DNA of 63,930 nt, the filler included, from Lama guanicoe (lineage: Eukaryota): NCBI GenBank assembly GCA_013239625.1. It is 210 parts of 210 records of this genome, joined end to end, with 100 filler letters (N's around TTAATTAATTAA, not from the genome) between each part and the next. Parts side by side here need not be neighbours in the genome. Positions count along the whole stretch, not along the records: positions 59,761 to 59,965 come from PNXV01033102.1; positions 60,066 to 60,270 come from PNXV01033103.1; positions 60,371 to 60,575 come from PNXV01033104.1; positions 60,676 to 60,880 come from PNXV01033105.1; positions 60,981 to 61,185 come from PNXV01033106.1; positions 61,286 to 61,490 come from PNXV01033107.1; positions 61,591 to 61,795 come from PNXV01033108.1; positions 61,896 to 62,100 come from PNXV01033109.1; 202 more parts are not named here. The stretch is one strand, 5' to 3'. Numbering within the stretch: the first letter of the stretch is position 1; each line of letters opens with the position of its first letter. Positions 59,661 to 63,930 of this stretch are shown one piece after another. Both the position numbers and the translations under genes were made by a program. The notes under the pieces are model-generated. The model saw only the letters and a program-made list of their open reading frames with translations. It searched no databases and was not told the origin of the DNA.

Positions 59661-62609
59661 NNNNNNNNNNNNNNNNNNNNNNNNNNNNNNNNNNNNNNNN
59701 NNNNTTAATTAATTAANNNNNNNNNNNNNNNNNNNNNNNNNNNNNNNNNNNNNNNNNNNNTACCCAAACAGTAACAGGCTGAAGTGGGAAAAGCCAAACC
59801 AGATTAGAAATTTTTTCTCATTGTCATTCTTCTGTTTTACAGGAATGTTTCCTTCTTTTCTTTTCTTTTTTTTTTTTGTAATACTTAAAATTTAGCATTT
59901 AGTCTTTTTTTTCCATCTTGTTCATTGTTCTTAGAATATTTTCTTTCTATTAGTAATTAATTTCTNNNNNNNNNNNNNNNNNNNNNNNNNNNNNNNNNNN
60001 NNNNNNNNNTTAATTAATTAANNNNNNNNNNNNNNNNNNNNNNNNNNNNNNNNNNNNNNNNNNNNCTTTCCATGATACATTGTTTAATACTAAAAAACTG
60101 GTTAGAGTTGACTGACAGCACCTCCTGAAAGGCATTCGTTCTGAGGCCACTGCAGCCTCCGTCACCTCCTTTGAACCCTGACCTTGAGTCACAATGTTTG
60201 TGGCCATTATCTCTTTATGCCATTATTATTATTATTATTATTTGTATATTTGTATATCTGGACTCTTTTANNNNNNNNNNNNNNNNNNNNNNNNNNNNNN
60301 NNNNNNNNNNNNNNTTAATTAATTAANNNNNNNNNNNNNNNNNNNNNNNNNNNNNNNNNNNNNNNNNNNNGAGCAGATATGGCAAGTCTTTTGTGAAAGA
60401 ATAGATACAGTCAGCAAAATGCAAATTCAAGCAGAATTCAAGCAGAGGTGGGCACACAGGGCGGTGCTAGGCTGGTTGGCAAAGGACGTGGAGGAGCTTT
60501 CGGTGTGTTGCTGGTAAGGAGAAGCAGGGCTCAGGCTGTGGAAGGAGGTCAGGCCAGCTGAAGAGGGGCTGGGATNNNNNNNNNNNNNNNNNNNNNNNNN
60601 NNNNNNNNNNNNNNNNNNNTTAATTAATTAANNNNNNNNNNNNNNNNNNNNNNNNNNNNNNNNNNNNNNNNNNNNGCACTTAGTAAGGTATTAATAAGTA
60701 TTATCTGGTATTATTATTATTACTACTATTGTTACTGACTATTATTAGCATGGCAACTGTAGAACCCATCTGTAGCATTCTGTAAAAGTCTGCAAAAGAT
60801 AGTTCCCTCTTAGGCCGAAAATTTTTTTTATTTTTCAAGAAGCATTTCCAATGAAGTCAAATTATTTTAAAAATAAAGAANNNNNNNNNNNNNNNNNNNN
60901 NNNNNNNNNNNNNNNNNNNNNNNNTTAATTAATTAANNNNNNNNNNNNNNNNNNNNNNNNNNNNNNNNNNNNNNNNNNNNATGTTCACGTACAGATGCTA
61001 GGGAAAGGCTAAAGTCAGTTACACATGAAGTGTTGTGTCGTGAACATGAGACATAGGGTCTTGAAAAGAAGTTGAAAATCCGGCAATAGTGAACAACAGG
61101 GACAAAAGCACATTGTGATGGGAAAGCATGTTGTAGTGTCGTATTGAGTATGAATTATAAAGGGAAGTGGAGCAACGTGTGGCAANNNNNNNNNNNNNNN
61201 NNNNNNNNNNNNNNNNNNNNNNNNNNNNNTTAATTAATTAANNNNNNNNNNNNNNNNNNNNNNNNNNNNNNNNNNNNNNNNNNNNAATCACAGAGTGTGT
61301 GCCTGTGTGTGTGTGTCACACACATCGACACTGCACAGAATGCGTATGCTGCCTAACTTCCGGATGCCCGGGTTGGCTAGGCAGGAGGAGCAGAGTGTAC
61401 ACCCAGCCCAGTTCCAAGTATAAACTAAGCTAAGGCGCTCCGTGCATTGTAGGTTAGGTCTCCATCTCCGACTTATTCCCCCAAGGAATGNNNNNNNNNN
61501 NNNNNNNNNNNNNNNNNNNNNNNNNNNNNNNNNNTTAATTAATTAANNNNNNNNNNNNNNNNNNNNNNNNNNNNNNNNNNNNNNNNNNNNAGATCCTTCA
61601 AGGAGCCACCAAACAGGTCAAATAAAACAACCATTATTATTAGACTGTAAAGTCTCTTCTGCTCCCTCTGGTACTGGGTGTGTACCAGCAATGCACACTG
61701 CCTTCTTCAGGGCAGCCCTGGGCTAGGAAGTGGGGGGTGGCGTCAGGCAGGGTGAGTTCAGTTGCTACAATTCCCTCCCACTGACATTCAGCCATNNNNN
61801 NNNNNNNNNNNNNNNNNNNNNNNNNNNNNNNNNNNNNNNTTAATTAATTAANNNNNNNNNNNNNNNNNNNNNNNNNNNNNNNNNNNNNNNNNNNNAGGGG
61901 TTCTGGCGCAGCGCCTGCTCTTACTGGGCCCTCCTGGGGCTTGACAAGGGAAGTGGATGGTGAGGTGGCCCTGCCAGCTCTTTCTGTAACTAGGAAAGGC
62001 TTGGGTGCAGAGAGGGCAGTTTCTCCAGGAGGTCTGGTGCAGGAGGAGTGTTGAACCACGGCCCGGACCACCCCTTCCACTGCTCTCTCCGCGGCCTTTC
62101 NNNNNNNNNNNNNNNNNNNNNNNNNNNNNNNNNNNNNNNNNNNNTTAATTAATTAANNNNNNNNNNNNNNNNNNNNNNNNNNNNNNNNNNNNNNNNNNNN
62201 GGGCAGCTGCTACGCCAGGAAGGTGGCCAGTTGATATATCTGCATATTAAAATACCAGAAATTTCTTGAATCCAGTCTTTCTTGCTTGTTTGCTCTCTTG
62301 CTTTCATTCTTTCTTTCTCTCTATTTTTTTCTTTCTCGCTCTTTCTTTCTTTCTCCTCCTGGGTTCTGTTTTTCTGAGGGTATAACAGCATGGGTCTAAG
62401 AGGAGNNNNNNNNNNNNNNNNNNNNNNNNNNNNNNNNNNNNNNNNNNNNTTAATTAATTAANNNNNNNNNNNNNNNNNNNNNNNNNNNNNNNNNNNNNNN
62501 NNNNNCCTCATGTGATCAGGTAGGTTTTCTCATGTGTTTACCAACAGCAGCTTTTACTGACAAAGAGCACTGTAGGCCAGCCTTGACCTCAGCCCAGTGC
62601 AGCTACCGT

Positions 62610-62710
62610 TGCATAGTCCCTCACGAAGAGCCTGTAATGTGAGACTCCAACACAAACGAGGAAACTGAGGCACAGAGAGGGTGAATGGCACAGCAGAGAG
62701 CAGGTCTGAG
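62610..62710 (-). mobile_element. MIR fragment
   Basis: ACAAACGAGGAAACTGAGGCACAGAGAGGG. Confidence 0.75.
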
Positions 62711-63725
62711 NNNNNNNNNNNNNNNNNNNNNNNNNNNNNNNNNNNNNNNNNNNNTTAATTAATTAANNNNNNNNNNNNNNNNNNNNNNNNNNNNNNNNNN
62801 NNNNNNNNNNTGATCTTCTTCTCATTTTGTTACTGTTGGTTCTGTTGCCAGGAGATGGTCTAGGGAGCGGGCATCATTGTGGTTCTGATTTCTAGCAGTG
62901 ATGTTTTTCCCTCCCTTCACTCAGAATCTACATTTTAGAGTCATCCTGCCATCTTCCTGCTTCTCTCGCCACATGACAGCAACATTATATTTTTTTGTAC
63001 TCCTTTGATAACATCNNNNNNNNNNNNNNNNNNNNNNNNNNNNNNNNNNNNNNNNNNNNTTAATTAATTAANNNNNNNNNNNNNNNNNNNNNNNNNNNNN
63101 NNNNNNNNNNNNNNNACTAGACAGAGGGCTTCAAACTTGGACCCACTGCCCCCAGCAAGGCCCCATGGAGGGGCGGGGAAGCAGGCCATGGCCAAGTCAA
63201 CACAAAACCTCCACAGGACAGGGAGGGCCTCGCTGGCCAGACCCTGTAAAACCAAGACTCACTGTTCTCATTGTAGCTCAACTACTGCTAAGCTGAGGTG
63301 AGAAAAAATAATTAGGTCCCNNNNNNNNNNNNNNNNNNNNNNNNNNNNNNNNNNNNNNNNNNNNTTAATTAATTAANNNNNNNNNNNNNNNNNNNNNNNN
63401 NNNNNNNNNNNNNNNNNNNNGTACTAACAAGAGTTGAAAGCACATGGGGTTTCCTTCTAAATAAGATATTTTACTTGTATTGATCTGCTGAGACTTGGGA
63501 GTTGCTGAGTTTTGGGGCCTTCAAAGAGAGCTCAGTAAAAATTCAGAGAAAAGGCTTAAACTCCTCACCTCTTAACCTTTTGCTTCATTATCCAGAGGCC
63601 ACAGGGCAGAAGGGAATAATTTACANNNNNNNNNNNNNNNNNNNNNNNNNNNNNNNNNNNNNNNNNNNNTTAATTAATTAANNNNNNNNNNNNNNNNNNN
63701 NNNNNNNNNNNNNNNNNNNNNNNNN

Positions 63726-63930
63726 TCTGTGGCCTTTTCAGAACAATTTCCTTTGTCTGAAACCTTTTGTGTCATATCTTTGCATGACTGGTTCTGCTTG
63801 AGTTTAGGCCTCAGCCTAAGTGTCCTCTCTGAGTGGTGTTCCCTCCCTACGTGGTCTAAATGAGCATCCAAGTCACTCAGTCACTCCTTCACCCTGTTTT
63901 ATTTTTAGTTTAGCATTTATTACCACCTAA
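63726..63930 (+). mobile_element. L2 3' region fragment
   Basis: TCTTTGCATGACTGGTTC...TTTAGGCCTCAGCCTAAGTGTCCTCTCTGAG...TTTAGCATTTATTACCACCTAA. Confidence 0.7.

Larger units (their letters stand above)
205..63725. other. 209 copies of an artificial 100-bp contig-joining linker N44-TTAATTAATTAA-N44 (first copy 205-304, core 249-260) separating 210 contigs of 204-205 bp
   Basis: The 12-mer is invariant and sits between 44-N runs, giving a period of 304-305 bp. It is its own reverse complement, with TAA at offsets 2, 6 and 10, so all six frames stop. 210 contigs plus 209 linkers sum to 63930. Confidence 0.99.

Noticed and set aside
61300..61330. Hairpin formed by (TG)n followed by (CA)n (similar at 4443-4462)
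   Set aside because: Short microsatellite inversion with no evidence of a structured RNA.
205..63725. CRISPR-like array: identical palindromic repeat with constant-length unique spacers
   Set aside because: The repeat is a 12-mer embedded in fixed N runs, the spacers are 204-205-bp mammalian genomic fragments, and there are no cas genes or leader. It is an assembly linker.
1257..63871. Family of 60-86 aa small proteins sharing a C-terminal X...LIN/N motif
   Set aside because: The shared ending is the translated N run plus linker. Without it almost all fall below threshold, and the recognisable ones are L1 ORF2 fossils.

Overview
This window is not a contiguous locus. It is an artificial concatenation of 210 tiny unplaced contigs (20 of 204 bp, 190 of 205 bp) joined by 209 copies of a fixed 100-bp linker, N44-TTAATTAATTAA-N44, whose palindromic core puts a stop codon in all six frames. 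Linker makes up about 33% of the window. The contigs are mammalian and probably camelid (Vic-1-like SINE tails, artiodactyl-type L1 ends). They consist mostly of L1, L2, MIR, Tigger, Charlie and MaLR fragments and anonymous non-coding DNA. No complete gene or RNA gene is present. Nearly all ORFs in the supplied track reach 60 aa only by reading into the N run and stopping in the linker. The CRISPR-like repeat/spacer periodicity is an assembly artefact, and I found no new biological system. Signals that are real: (1) seven contig pairs that look like de Bruijn bubble branches, each with exactly 49 identical bases at both ends and 4-8 internal substitutions (25 transitions, 12 transversions in total); (2) a ~250-bp tandem satellite that can be reconstructed from four circularly permuted contigs; (3) a TATTCTA heptamer satellite with higher-order structure; (4) an L1 5'-inversion junction; (5) an internally deleted Tigger1 derivative; (6) two CpG-island fragments and one candidate terminal coding exon. 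Repeat family names come from recalled consensus sequences, not from a database search.
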